Shown in pieces: positions 15,194 through 24,154 of a stretch of 27,048 bases of DNA. The stretch spans positions 1-27,048 of IMG/VR virus record IMGVR_UViG_3300007346_000179. One strand, given 5' to 3'. The notes under the pieces are model-generated. The model saw only the letters and a list, made by a program, of their open reading frames with translations. It ran no database searches and had not been told where the DNA came from. Source of the stretch: a virus. Lineage: Duplodnaviria > Caudoviricetes. How positions within the stretch are numbered: position 1 is the first letter of the stretch; each line of letters starts with the position of its first letter. Made by a program: the position numbers and the translations under genes.

Positions 15194-16198
15194 ATGGCAG
15201 ATATAGCATTAAGAAGTCCACAATTCAAACATAAAGAAATTCCTGCAACAGGGGTGTTATCTAGTGTTTGTACTTTAACAATAGATGGGACTTTAAGATA
15301 TACTTTAATAAAAAATGTAGCACCATCAACTGCAGTTAATTTTGATATATCAGAACTTGCAAGGGATTATTTAGAAATCCAATATGATAGTAATTACATA
15401 ACTCAGAACGTTTCTATTGTTACATCTATAACTAATTATGCAGGGCTAAATGGTACAGGTGCAATAGTAGGCTCTGCTTCAACTTTTACAGATAGAGGCT
15501 TTGAATCTTATGGAACATTTGAGGAAGGTGTTAATCCATTTTTTACAGGAAATAGATCAGAGCCAACTATATTAATAGCTGCTAATAATTATACATCACC
15601 TGCATCTTTTACAATATTTGTACCAACAGGTAAGGGTGGGGAAATACCTTATATTGAAACTGATGCGAGTTTATCTGCAGATACATTTGGTGCAAATGAT
15701 ACAAGTGTAACATTAGAGGGAATCAATGTTGAAATAAAAAGAATTGATTGTACAAAATATGGAGCAGGAAGAAAAATAATATTTATAAATAAGTATGGTA
15801 CTCAGCAAGATTTATGGTTTTTCTTAAAGGAAGTAAAATCAATAGCTAGAACAAACGAAAATTTTAAATCTAATACTATAACCTATCCTAGTGATACAAA
15901 TGCTACTTACTCAATAAGTGATGCACCAAATAAGGTGTTTAATACACAGGCAAAACAATCTCACGTTTTAAGTTCAGGCTACTATCCTGAGTTTGCAAAT
16001 GAATACTTTGAACAATTACTATTATCAGAATATGTTTGGATGGAAAGACCAATAAAAACAAATCCTAGTTCTAATGAGATAATACCTGTAAATGTTAAAA
16101 CCTCAACAATGACTTTTAAAACATCTGTTAATGATAAATTGATAGAATATAATATAAACTTTGAAGAAGCATTTGATTACATAAATAATATAAGATAG
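15194..16198 (+). CDS. Tail structural protein (distal-tail-like)
   Basis: 334 aa; C-terminal FINKYG...SGYYPE...LLLSEYVW module; position. Confidence 0.55.
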   Translation: MADIALRSPQFKHKEIPATGVLSSVCTLTIDGTLRYTLIKNVAPSTAVNFDISELARDYLEIQYDSNYITQNVSIVTSITNYAGLNGTGAIVGSASTFTDRGFESYGTFEEGVNPFFTGNRSEPTILIAANNYTSPASFTIFVPTGKGGEIPYIETDASLSADTFGANDTSVTLEGINVEIKRIDCTKYGAGRKIIFINKYGTQQDLWFFLKEVKSIARTNENFKSNTITYPSDTNATYSISDAPNKVFNTQAKQSHVLSSGYYPEFANEYFEQLLLSEYVWMERPIKTNPSSNEIIPVNVKTSTMTFKTSVNDKLIEYNINFEEAFDYINNIR

Positions 16199-18628
16199 AT
16201 GCAAAAACTACAATTATACATTGAGGGACAAAGGGTAGATTTATTTAAAGATGAATCAGTTTCACTTACACAAACTTTACAGAATGTTAAGGATATTGGA
16301 AAGATATTTACTGAATTTACTAAAACATTTGCCGTTCCTGCATCTAGTGTAAATAATAAGATATTTAAACATTATTATAATTTTGATATAAATGGGGGTT
16401 ATGATGCTAGAAGCAAACAACCTGCAACATTAGAATTAAATGACTTACCTTTTAAACAAGGTGCTATAAAATTAAATGGTGTTAAGTTAAAAAACAACGT
16501 AGCACATACTTATAACATTACTTTTTTTGGAAATACAATAAACCTAAAAGATATTTTAGCAGAAAGTCAATTATCTTCATTAAGTGGTTTAGCACAATAC
16601 AATAAGATTTATAGTTTTGATGATGTAGTTGATGCAATACAGAATGCTGAAAATAGTGGAAATATAATTGTTCCGTTGATCACTCACACAAATAGATTAA
16701 TTTACGATAGTTCTAGTCATCAACAATTTGATCCTGAATCAAAAATTAATAATATATCACATCACGGAACAGGAACACATAATCAAAATGGTGTTGAATG
16801 GAATCAATTTAAGTATGCTATAAAATTACAAGCTATTATAGATGCTATTGAAGCAGAAACTTTTGCAGGGGGTAAGACAATAACTTTCTCAAATGATTTT
16901 TTTAATAAACCAAGTAATACGGATTTTAGCAATTTGTTTTTATGGTTGCATAGAAAAAAAGGATCAGTAGAATCACCATCACAAGTTTTACAGAATTTTA
17001 CTCAGGTAACAGAATTAGGAACAACTACTTGTGTGCCTGTTTCAAATTGTCAGCCATTAACATCTAATGTTTCAAATGGTATTTTAGCTTTAACTGCACA
17101 AGCACCTTATAGCATATCTTTTTTAAATTTAGATGTAACACCACCAAACACAACTGATGCATACACAATCAGGGTAATAAGGGATGGATCTATAATTGTA
17201 GGAGAAGTTACAGGAACAGGAAATAAGCAATTAATTATAGTGCCTTGGAATGATAGCACCTATTCAATACAGATAGCATCTTCTACTACTATGGTTTTTC
17301 CTATTGGTGGAATACAATGGTCTGTTAGTTGGACTACAGGGGGTACAGGTTTTGGTGCTAATGGTCAGATGTTATATTCTAATGCAGCAACTTTTACGAC
17401 AACTGCTTTTAAGGATTTTAATATAAATGAACAGATGCCTAAAATGACTATAATGGAATTTCTATCAGGTCTTTTTAAAATGTTTAATTTAACTGCTTAT
17501 GTAGATAATTCAGGAACTATTGTAGTTAGAACTTTAGATAGTTATTATGATGCAGGAACACAGATACCAATTAATATAGATAAATATTTAGATACAAGCA
17601 CCTCAGCAGTAAATGTTGCATTACCTTTTAAAAGTGTTAAATTTCAATATAAAGGTCTAGGAACTTTTCTAGCAAAACAATTTGAGCAGATAAATAACTT
17701 AGGATGGGGTACATTGTCATATACTTTAGATGGTAATATTTATGATGCACCTACAAAAGAATATACGATAGAATTACCTTTTGAGCATATGCAATATGAA
17801 AGGCTTTATGATGTTGATGGTGGTGCTTCTACAGATGTTCAATGGGGATATTTTGTAGATGATAACCAAGAATCTTATTTTGGCTCACCTTTATTATTTT
17901 ATCCTATAAGACAATCAGGGGGAACGTCAATAAGAATACGAGATACAATAAGTACAAGTATAGAAGACATTGATGAATATTATATTCCATCAAATGCACT
18001 AGCTTTAAGTTCTAATACAAGTAAAGTTAATATACATTTTGGAAATGAGATAAACGAATACCAAGCAAATGAAATTGGTAATCCATTATCTTTTACAGAT
18101 ACTTTATTTATGACTAAGTATGTTAATTACATAAAGGATGTATTTAATTTAAGTAGAAGAATTACAAAGGTAACTGCATATCTTCCTATGAAGATTTATT
18201 ACAATTTAAAATTAAATGACTTAATACAATTAGGTCAAAATAATTATAAGATAAATTCATTAACTACAAATCTTTCAACAGGTAAAACTCAGTTTGAATT
18301 ATTAAACGATGTAAGTCCATCAGTATCTAGTATTCCAACTGCACCAACAGGATTAAATGTTACAAATTTAACATCTACTTCTGTTACATTTTGTTGGAAT
18401 GCATCAACCTCAGCAGTTATTATGCGAAGCTATCAGGTTTATCAAAATGGTACACAACAATCTAATATTGTTCAAAGGGTATCTGCTATTCCAATTTCAA
18501 GTACATATTGTGCTACGATAACAGGATTGACACCTAATACAAGTTATTCTTTTTATGTAAGTGCTTTAAATGATGATGTAGAAGAATCTGCTTTATCTTC
18601 AGTTTTAACTATAACAACATTACCATAA
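16199..18628 (+). CDS. Tail tip/hub protein with C-terminal fibronectin type III domain
   Basis: N-terminal QLYIEGQRVDLF...FTKTFAVP; C-terminal PTAPTGL...W...Y.V...GLTPNTSYSFYVSA.N (FN3). Confidence 0.7.
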   Translation: MQKLQLYIEGQRVDLFKDESVSLTQTLQNVKDIGKIFTEFTKTFAVPASSVNNKIFKHYYNFDINGGYDARSKQPATLELNDLPFKQGAIKLNGVKLKNNVAHTYNITFFGNTINLKDILAESQLSSLSGLAQYNKIYSFDDVVDAIQNAENSGNIIVPLITHTNRLIYDSSSHQQFDPESKINNISHHGTGTHNQNGVEWNQFKYAIKLQAIIDAIEAETFAGGKTITFSNDFFNKPSNTDFSNLFLWLHRKKGSVESPSQVLQNFTQVTELGTTTCVPVSNCQPLTSNVSNGILALTAQAPYSISFLNLDVTPPNTTDAYTIRVIRDGSIIVGEVTGTGNKQLIIVPWNDSTYSIQIASSTTMVFPIGGIQWSVSWTTGGTGFGANGQMLYSNAATFTTTAFKDFNINEQMPKMTIMEFLSGLFKMFNLTAYVDNSGTIVVRTLDSYYDAGTQIPINIDKYLDTSTSAVNVALPFKSVKFQYKGLGTFLAKQFEQINNLGWGTLSYTLDGNIYDAPTKEYTIELPFEHMQYERLYDVDGGASTDVQWGYFVDDNQESYFGSPLLFYPIRQSGGTSIRIRDTISTSIEDIDEYYIPSNALALSSNTSKVNIHFGNEINEYQANEIGNPLSFTDTLFMTKYVNYIKDVFNLSRRITKVTAYLPMKIYYNLKLNDLIQLGQNNYKINSLTTNLSTGKTQFELLNDVSPSVSSIPTAPTGLNVTNLTSTSVTFCWNASTSAVIMRSYQVYQNGTQQSNIVQRVSAIPISSTYCATITGLTPNTSYSFYVSALNDDVEESALSSVLTITTLP

Positions 18629-18774
18629 TGATTAAAAATATAATAGATCTATTGCAGGTTGCAAAAGGAGAAACGGAAAACATAAGAATTGCACAAGGAA
18701 AGTATAAATTATCAGAAACTTTTTCAGAAGCTATTAAGCAAACAAAAACAAAAATAATATGGCGAAAAAAATAG
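18628..18774 (+). CDS. Hypothetical protein, 48 aa (not in ORF track)
   Basis: MIKNIIDLLQVAKGETENIRIAQGKYKLSETFSEAIKQTKTKIIWRKK; TAATG coupling. Confidence 0.65.
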   Translation: MIKNIIDLLQVAKGETENIRIAQGKYKLSETFSEAIKQTKTKIIWRKK

Positions 18775-20636
18775 AATTTGAATTTGAGTTAAAATACAAA
18801 GAAGCTGCAAAAAACTTAGATGAGTTTCAGAAAGAATATGCTAAGCTAGAAAAAGAAGTAGAAACTGCTAATAAGAAAACAGAGGATGCTTTAAAGAAAG
18901 TTGAGAAATCAGCTAAGGATGGAGCAAAGGGAGTTAAAAAGGTAGGAGCATCTATTAAGACTTTAGCTAAGGCTACAGGTATTATTTTCTTATTACAGAA
19001 AGCATTTGAATTTGTTTCTTCTGCAATACAGGAAAACCAAGAAGTGATGGATGGTTTAAATACTATCTTTCAAACTGCTCAAATTATATTTAATGAAGTA
19101 GTAAATGTTTTTGTAGATGTTTATAAAAGTGTTTCTTCAGCAACAGAAAACTTTGATGCACTAGGAAAGGTTATAAGTGGAATTGTTACAATAGCACTAA
19201 CACCTTTTAAACTCGCTTTTTATGGAATTACATTAGCAGTACAGGAAGCACAATTAATGTGGGAAAAATCTATTTTTGGTGATGGAGATCCTAAAACAAT
19301 AAAAGAATTAAATCTCGCAATAACTGAAACTCAGAAAAATATTATAGAAGTTGGTGAATCTGCATTAGGAGCAGGAAAAGATATTGTCAATAATTTTGGT
19401 GAAGCTATTACAGAGGTAGGAGAAATAGGAACGCAAGTAGTTGATGGATTAAAAGAAGTAAGTATAGAGGCTGCAATAGAAACTGCTAAAACAAATCAGA
19501 AATTAAAAAAGTCAGCACAAATTGCTGCAGCAGAATCTAGAATATTATTAGAACAATACGACAGGCAAGCTGAGGTACAAAGGCAAATTAGGGATGATGA
19601 AACTTTAAGTATTGAAGAAAGAAAAAAGGCTAATGATGAATTGCTAGTTATTCTTGAAAAGCAAGAAACAGAAATGACTAAAAATGCTAAATTAGTCAAA
19701 GATGCAGCTCAGGCACAATTTGATTTAACAGGCAAGACAGAAGATTATGTTGCAGTATTAGAAGCAGAAGCTGAAGTACAGGCAGTTGCAGCAACGGTTA
19801 CAGGTTTTAAATCAGAGCAACAAATAAATAATAATGCTTTAGTAAAAGAAGCTACTGAATTAACAAACGCAAAATTAGAAAGCGAATCATTACTATCAAT
19901 AGAGCAAAAAAGATTTAATGCCGAGCAGATAGAAGATGAATTAGCTAGATTAGAAGCATTAAAAGAAGTTGATATATTAGAGGCTGAACAGGAATCGGTA
20001 AGACTACAAGCTATTGTTGATAACGCAAATGCAGGTACACAAGCTAAGATAGATGCACAAATAGCTTTAGATCAATTTTCAGAGCAATCACGACAAACTA
20101 ATTTAAATAGAGATAAACAAATTAGTGATGCAAAAATAAAAATATCAAATGCTGAGGAACAGGCTAAAAAAGATAACTTAGATAAAACTGCTGCAGTATT
20201 AGAAAACTTTAGTAACATAGCAGGAAAAGAAACTGCTGCAGGTAAGGCTTTCGCAGTCGCTGCTGCAACTATAAATACTTACAGAGGGGTTTCAGATGCC
20301 CTTGCAGCTACTACTGTAACACCATTCGAAACTGCATTAAAATTTGCAAATGCTGCAGCTATTGGTATTTCAGGAATAGCAAATGTGAAAAAGATATTAA
20401 GTGTTAAAACACCACCTGTATCAGGGGGATCAGCATCACCATCAGGAAGCCCAACTCCTGCACCATTATCTGTACCACCTGCATTTAATATAGTAGGAGC
20501 AAGTGGGACAAATCAATTAGCAACTGCAATAGGGGAACAATCTCAACAACCTGTACAAGCATTTGTAGTTTCTAGCGAAGTAACTACTGCACAGGAATTA
20601 GACAGGAACATTATTGATGAAGCTACAATAGACTAA
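18759..20636 (+). CDS. Tape measure protein
   Basis: 625 aa, Ala/Glu/Lys-rich helical composition with amphipathic and hydrophobic stretches. Confidence 0.8.
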   Translation: MAKKIEFEFELKYKEAAKNLDEFQKEYAKLEKEVETANKKTEDALKKVEKSAKDGAKGVKKVGASIKTLAKATGIIFLLQKAFEFVSSAIQENQEVMDGLNTIFQTAQIIFNEVVNVFVDVYKSVSSATENFDALGKVISGIVTIALTPFKLAFYGITLAVQEAQLMWEKSIFGDGDPKTIKELNLAITETQKNIIEVGESALGAGKDIVNNFGEAITEVGEIGTQVVDGLKEVSIEAAIETAKTNQKLKKSAQIAAAESRILLEQYDRQAEVQRQIRDDETLSIEERKKANDELLVILEKQETEMTKNAKLVKDAAQAQFDLTGKTEDYVAVLEAEAEVQAVAATVTGFKSEQQINNNALVKEATELTNAKLESESLLSIEQKRFNAEQIEDELARLEALKEVDILEAEQESVRLQAIVDNANAGTQAKIDAQIALDQFSEQSRQTNLNRDKQISDAKIKISNAEEQAKKDNLDKTAAVLENFSNIAGKETAAGKAFAVAAATINTYRGVSDALAATTVTPFETALKFANAAAIGISGIANVKKILSVKTPPVSGGSASPSGSPTPAPLSVPPAFNIVGASGTNQLATAIGEQSQQPVQAFVVSSEVTTAQELDRNIIDEATID

Positions 20637-20639
20637 AAA

Positions 20640-20666
20640 GCAAAATTAAAAATTAAATACGTTATA
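20640..20666 (+). promoter_or_regulatory. Putative phage-sigma late promoter 3
   Basis: GCAAA-N15-CGTTATA, 5 nt before the ATG at 20672. Confidence 0.7.
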
Positions 20667-20671
20667 TTATT

Positions 20672-21274
20672 ATGAAGATAGTTGAACTTATATTAGACGA
20701 AGAACAGGAAGAAAGTGGAATTGAAGCAATATCAATAGTAGAATCACCTGCTATTGAATCAGACTTTGTAGCTTTAAAAAATGAAGAAATAAAGTTAGCA
20801 GAGATAAGTAAAGAAAAAAGAATCTTGCTAGGTGCTTTATTAATCCCTAACAAACCAATCTACAGAAATGGCAGTGAGGGTGATTATTATATTTTCTTTT
20901 CAAAAGATACTATTTCTAAAGCATCACAAATGTATTTAAGAAATGGATATCAGAACAATTCAACCTTGGAACACTCAAAAGATTTAAAAGGTTTAACATT
21001 AGTAGAATCTTGGATCGTAGAAGACGAGGTGCAAGACAAGTCAAGAAAGTATGGATTAAATGTACCTGTTGGGACTTGGATGGGTGCAGTTAAAGTTAAT
21101 AATGAAGAAGTTTGGAATGAATATGTTAGAACAAATAAAGTTAAAGGTTTTTCTATTGAGGGTTATTTTGCAGATAAAATGGAAGCACCTAAAGAAGCAG
21201 TTAAAGAAGATATGTCAAGTGAAATTGATAAACAGACATTACTAAAAATAAAAGAAATTTTAACTTCTAATTAA
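20672..21274 (+). CDS. Prohead protease (XkdF-like serine protease)
   Basis: TLEH, VESWIV, PVGTWM, VKGFSIEG motifs; upstream of scaffold and capsid. Confidence 0.8.
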   Translation: MKIVELILDEEQEESGIEAISIVESPAIESDFVALKNEEIKLAEISKEKRILLGALLIPNKPIYRNGSEGDYYIFFSKDTISKASQMYLRNGYQNNSTLEHSKDLKGLTLVESWIVEDEVQDKSRKYGLNVPVGTWMGAVKVNNEEVWNEYVRTNKVKGFSIEGYFADKMEAPKEAVKEDMSSEIDKQTLLKIKEILTSN

Positions 21275-21438
21275 TGGGCAGAAATACAAAAAATAAAAAA
21301 ACTTTTATACCATCTAGAACAAGTCCAACAGGAAGTTCTAGGGCTTGTTTATGTTGGGACACAAATAAATATTCTATTGAGTGTTGTGATGGATCTATGC
21401 AGGCTCAGGGCATAGGTGTTATAACAAGAACAGATTGA
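21274..21438 (+). CDS. Small Cys-rich head-region protein, 54 aa (not in ORF track)
   Basis: MGRNTKNKKTFIPSRTSPTGSSRACLCWDTNKYSIECCDGSMQAQGIGVITRTD; TAATG coupling. Confidence 0.7.
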   Translation: MGRNTKNKKTFIPSRTSPTGSSRACLCWDTNKYSIECCDGSMQAQGIGVITRTD

Positions 21439-21442
21439 AAAT

Positions 21443-21469
21443 GCAAAAAAAAAATTAATAATCGTTATA
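21443..21469 (+). promoter_or_regulatory. Putative phage-sigma late promoter 4
   Basis: GCAAA-N15-CGTTATA, 8 nt before the ATG at 21478. Confidence 0.7.
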
Positions 21470-21477
21470 TAAATAAT

Positions 21478-22113
21478 ATGAAATCAACCGAAATGTTAAA
21501 TCAAATTAAAACACTTCTAAATATCGAGGTAAAACTTGAAGAAATGAAGTTAGAAAATGGCACAATAGTTAGTGCAGAATCATTTGAAAAAGGAAAAGAA
21601 ATTTTTATAGTAACAGATGATGAAAAGGTAGCAATGCCTGTTGGAGAATATTTACTTGAAAATGGTAATTTAGTTGTAGTTGAAGAAGAAGGTAAAATTG
21701 CTGATGTTAGAGAAGTATCAGATGAAGTTCCTGCAAAGGAAGAAGAATCAGATGATAAAGAAATTACTGAAGATCTAGCTGAAGAAGAAGAAAAAGAAGA
21801 AGAAATGGCAGATGTTGCAGATTGGGAGGGAATGGAGAAAAGAATCCAAAACTTAGAAGATGCTATTGCTGATTTAAAAGCTGACAAAGAAAGTAAAATG
21901 AAAGAAGAAGAAATGTCAGAAGAATCTTCAGAAGAAGTGATTGAAGAAAAAGTAGAAATGTCAAAAGAAGTACAGGAACAATTATCAGAACCTGCTTCTA
22001 AGCCAATCAAACATAATCCTGAGGGCGAAAGCAAACAAATGAAAAAAGTAGAATTTGGCAAAGGTAGATTTACTACAACATTAGATAGAGTTTTAAATAA
22101 ATTAAATAAATAA
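21478..22113 (+). CDS. Capsid scaffolding protein
   Basis: Very acidic, coiled-coil-like; lies between protease and capsid gene. Confidence 0.7.
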   Translation: MKSTEMLNQIKTLLNIEVKLEEMKLENGTIVSAESFEKGKEIFIVTDDEKVAMPVGEYLLENGNLVVVEEEGKIADVREVSDEVPAKEEESDDKEITEDLAEEEEKEEEMADVADWEGMEKRIQNLEDAIADLKADKESKMKEEEMSEESSEEVIEEKVEMSKEVQEQLSEPASKPIKHNPEGESKQMKKVEFGKGRFTTTLDRVLNKLNK

Positions 22114-22119
22114 AATAGA

Positions 22120-23094
22120 ATGAGTAATTTAAAAAACGTAGAATTAGCTACAACAACAAACATCACAACGACTTACGCAGGTCAATTTGCAGGTGAATAT
22201 ATCGCTGCAGCTTTATTAAGTGCGTCAACTATTGATGATGGTGGAATCACTGTAAAATCTAACATTGCTTTTAAAGAAGTAATTAAAAAATTAGCAACAG
22301 ATGCAATCGTAACTGCTGCAGGATGTGATTTTAATCCAACTTCAACAATTACATTAACTGAAAGAATCTTACAACCAACTGAGTTACAAGTAAATTTACA
22401 ACTTTGTAAATATGATTTTGTAAACGATTGGGAATCTGAGCAAATGGGATATGGTTTAGGTCAATCTTTACCACCTAAGTTTTCTGACTTTTTAATAGCA
22501 CACGTTGCTTCTAAGGTTGCACAGAATACTGAGTTCAACATTTGGCAAGGAGATACTGCTGCTGCATCTAAGAATTCATTTGATGGATTTGAAAAATTAA
22601 TCGCTGCAGCCGTAACGGCAGGAGATGTACCTGCAGGTCAGGCTTTAACATCTGTAGCATTAACTGCTGCTAACATTGTAGAAAAAATGTCTGATGTAGT
22701 TGAAGCTATTCCTGCTGCATTATATGGAAAAGAAGATTTATTTGTTTATGTTTCTTCTAAAGCTGCAAAACTTTATGTTCAAGCATTAGGTGGATTCGGA
22801 GCAAATGGTCTTGGAGCAAATGGTGTGAATGGATTAGGAACTCAATGGTGGAACAATGGATCATTAAGCATCAATGGTGTTAAGATATTTGTTTGCCCAG
22901 GTTTATCAGATGATAAAATGTATGCTGCACAGAAAAGCAACCTATACTTTGGAACAGGATTACTAAATTCTACACAAGAAGTTAAGGTTTTAGATATGGC
23001 AGATTTGGACGCTTCTAACAATGTTAGAATGGTAATGCGTTTTACAAGTGGAGTACAATTCGGAATTGCTTCTGATATCGTATCTTACGCATAA
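22120..23094 (+). CDS. Major capsid protein
   Basis: 324 aa after the scaffold, followed by a strong terminator; WQGD and NLYFGTGL motifs. Confidence 0.8.
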   Translation: MSNLKNVELATTTNITTTYAGQFAGEYIAAALLSASTIDDGGITVKSNIAFKEVIKKLATDAIVTAAGCDFNPTSTITLTERILQPTELQVNLQLCKYDFVNDWESEQMGYGLGQSLPPKFSDFLIAHVASKVAQNTEFNIWQGDTAAASKNSFDGFEKLIAAAVTAGDVPAGQALTSVALTAANIVEKMSDVVEAIPAALYGKEDLFVYVSSKAAKLYVQALGGFGANGLGANGVNGLGTQWWNNGSLSINGVKIFVCPGLSDDKMYAAQKSNLYFGTGLLNSTQEVKVLDMADLDASNNVRMVMRFTSGVQFGIASDIVSYA

Positions 23095-23116
23095 TTAATT
23101 AATTAACCAATAAAAT

Positions 23117-23153
23117 AGGGTAGGTAGAATTTATCTACTTGCCCTTTTTTTTT
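23117..23153 (+). terminator. Intrinsic terminator
   Basis: AGGGTAGGTAGA-attta-TCTACTTGCCCT followed by a T-tract. Confidence 0.85.
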
Positions 23154-23168
23154 AAAATCATATAAACA

Positions 23169-23699
23169 ATGGCTTGTACATTAACAACAGGTAGAAAAAT
23201 ACCTTGTAAAAGTGCCTTTGGTGGCATAAAAAAAGTATTATTTGCTGACTATGGAACAATAGCTTCTATTGCAGTAGATAGTACAACTAAGGAAGCAACT
23301 ATCACAGATGGTAGTCCTGCACCAAGTTGGTTTGAATATGATGTAAAAGGAAATTCTAGTTTAGAAACAACCGTTACCTCATCTAGAGAAAATGGAACTA
23401 CCTTTTATACTCAGACTTTAAACTTGACTTTAACATATTTAGATGCTAAAACTCAGGCAGAATTGCAAACACTTGCAGTTTCTAGACCTTATATCGTAGT
23501 AGTAGATTATTATGGTAACAACTTCCTATGTGGATTTGAAAATGGAATGGAATGCACAGGGGGTACAGTAGTAACAGGTGCAGCTGCAGGAGATTTAAGT
23601 GGATTTACTTTAACATTCGAGGGAATGGAAGAAACTGCTCCTTATTTCTTAGATGCAGCAGTAACGGCAGATGCTACACAGATAGATCCAACTGCATAA
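23169..23699 (+). CDS. Major tail (tube) protein
   Basis: 176 aa, Thr/Gly-rich and beta-rich; ENGTTFYTQTL, DLSGFTLTFEG.E. Confidence 0.7.
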   Translation: MACTLTTGRKIPCKSAFGGIKKVLFADYGTIASIAVDSTTKEATITDGSPAPSWFEYDVKGNSSLETTVTSSRENGTTFYTQTLNLTLTYLDAKTQAELQTLAVSRPYIVVVDYYGNNFLCGFENGMECTGGTVVTGAAAGDLSGFTLTFEGMEETAPYFLDAAVTADATQIDPTA

Positions 23700-23721
23700 T
23701 ATAATTATTTAGTTAAAAATT

Positions 23722-23750
23722 AAGCATCCTTTATTGGGTGCTTTTTTTTT
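23722..23750 (+). terminator. Intrinsic terminator
   Basis: AAGCATCC-tttatt-GGGTGCTT followed by a T-tract. Confidence 0.85.
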
Positions 23751-23764
23751 GCTTTAGTAATTTT

Positions 23765-23791
23765 ACAAATTAGATGTTTTTTTTCGTTATA
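23765..23791 (+). promoter_or_regulatory. Putative phage-sigma late promoter 5
   Basis: ACAAA-N15-CGTTATA, 6 nt before the ATG at 23798. Confidence 0.7.
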
Positions 23792-23797
23792 TTAATA

Positions 23798-24154
23798 ATG
23801 ATTATACTAACGACATCAGCAACTGCTCAATCTCTATCAGTAATACCAAGAAGCTATGTATCTACTTTTACGTTATCAATAACAGATGATAGTACTAATG
23901 TAGAAAAAACTTATAGTATTACTAATGCAGTAAATTCAGGTAATTACTTAAATTTTAATAATATCTTTGATCCTATATTAGTTGAGAATCATTTTTACGA
24001 TTTAAAACTTATTAGTAACGGAGAAGTTATTTTTAAAGATAGAATTTTCTGTACAGACCAAGATATTGACCAATTAAATAATGATTACTATGATTTAAAT
24101 TCAAATGAATATTTAGATTATAATGGTTATGATAATACTTATTTAGTAAGATGA
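23798..24154 (+). CDS. Hypothetical structural-region protein (start revised from 23774)
   Basis: The promoter motif overlaps the track start, so MIILTTS at 23798 is preferred; ATGA overlap with portal. Confidence 0.65.
   Translation: MIILTTSATAQSLSVIPRSYVSTFTLSITDDSTNVEKTYSITNAVNSGNYLNFNNIFDPILVENHFYDLKLISNGEVIFKDRIFCTDQDIDQLNNDYYDLNSNEYLDYNGYDNTYLVR

Noticed and set aside
21060-21245. 61-aa + strand ORF in an alternative frame
   Set aside because: Fully inside the protease gene; no motif or slippery site noticed
21501-22166. 221-aa minus-strand ORF
   Set aside because: Ser/Phe-rich antisense shadow of the Glu/Lys-rich scaffold gene; no expression signals seen
23774-23797. Track start MFFFVILI for the gene before portal
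   Set aside because: Overlaps the late-promoter motif; the ATG at 23798 fits the spacing of the other promoters
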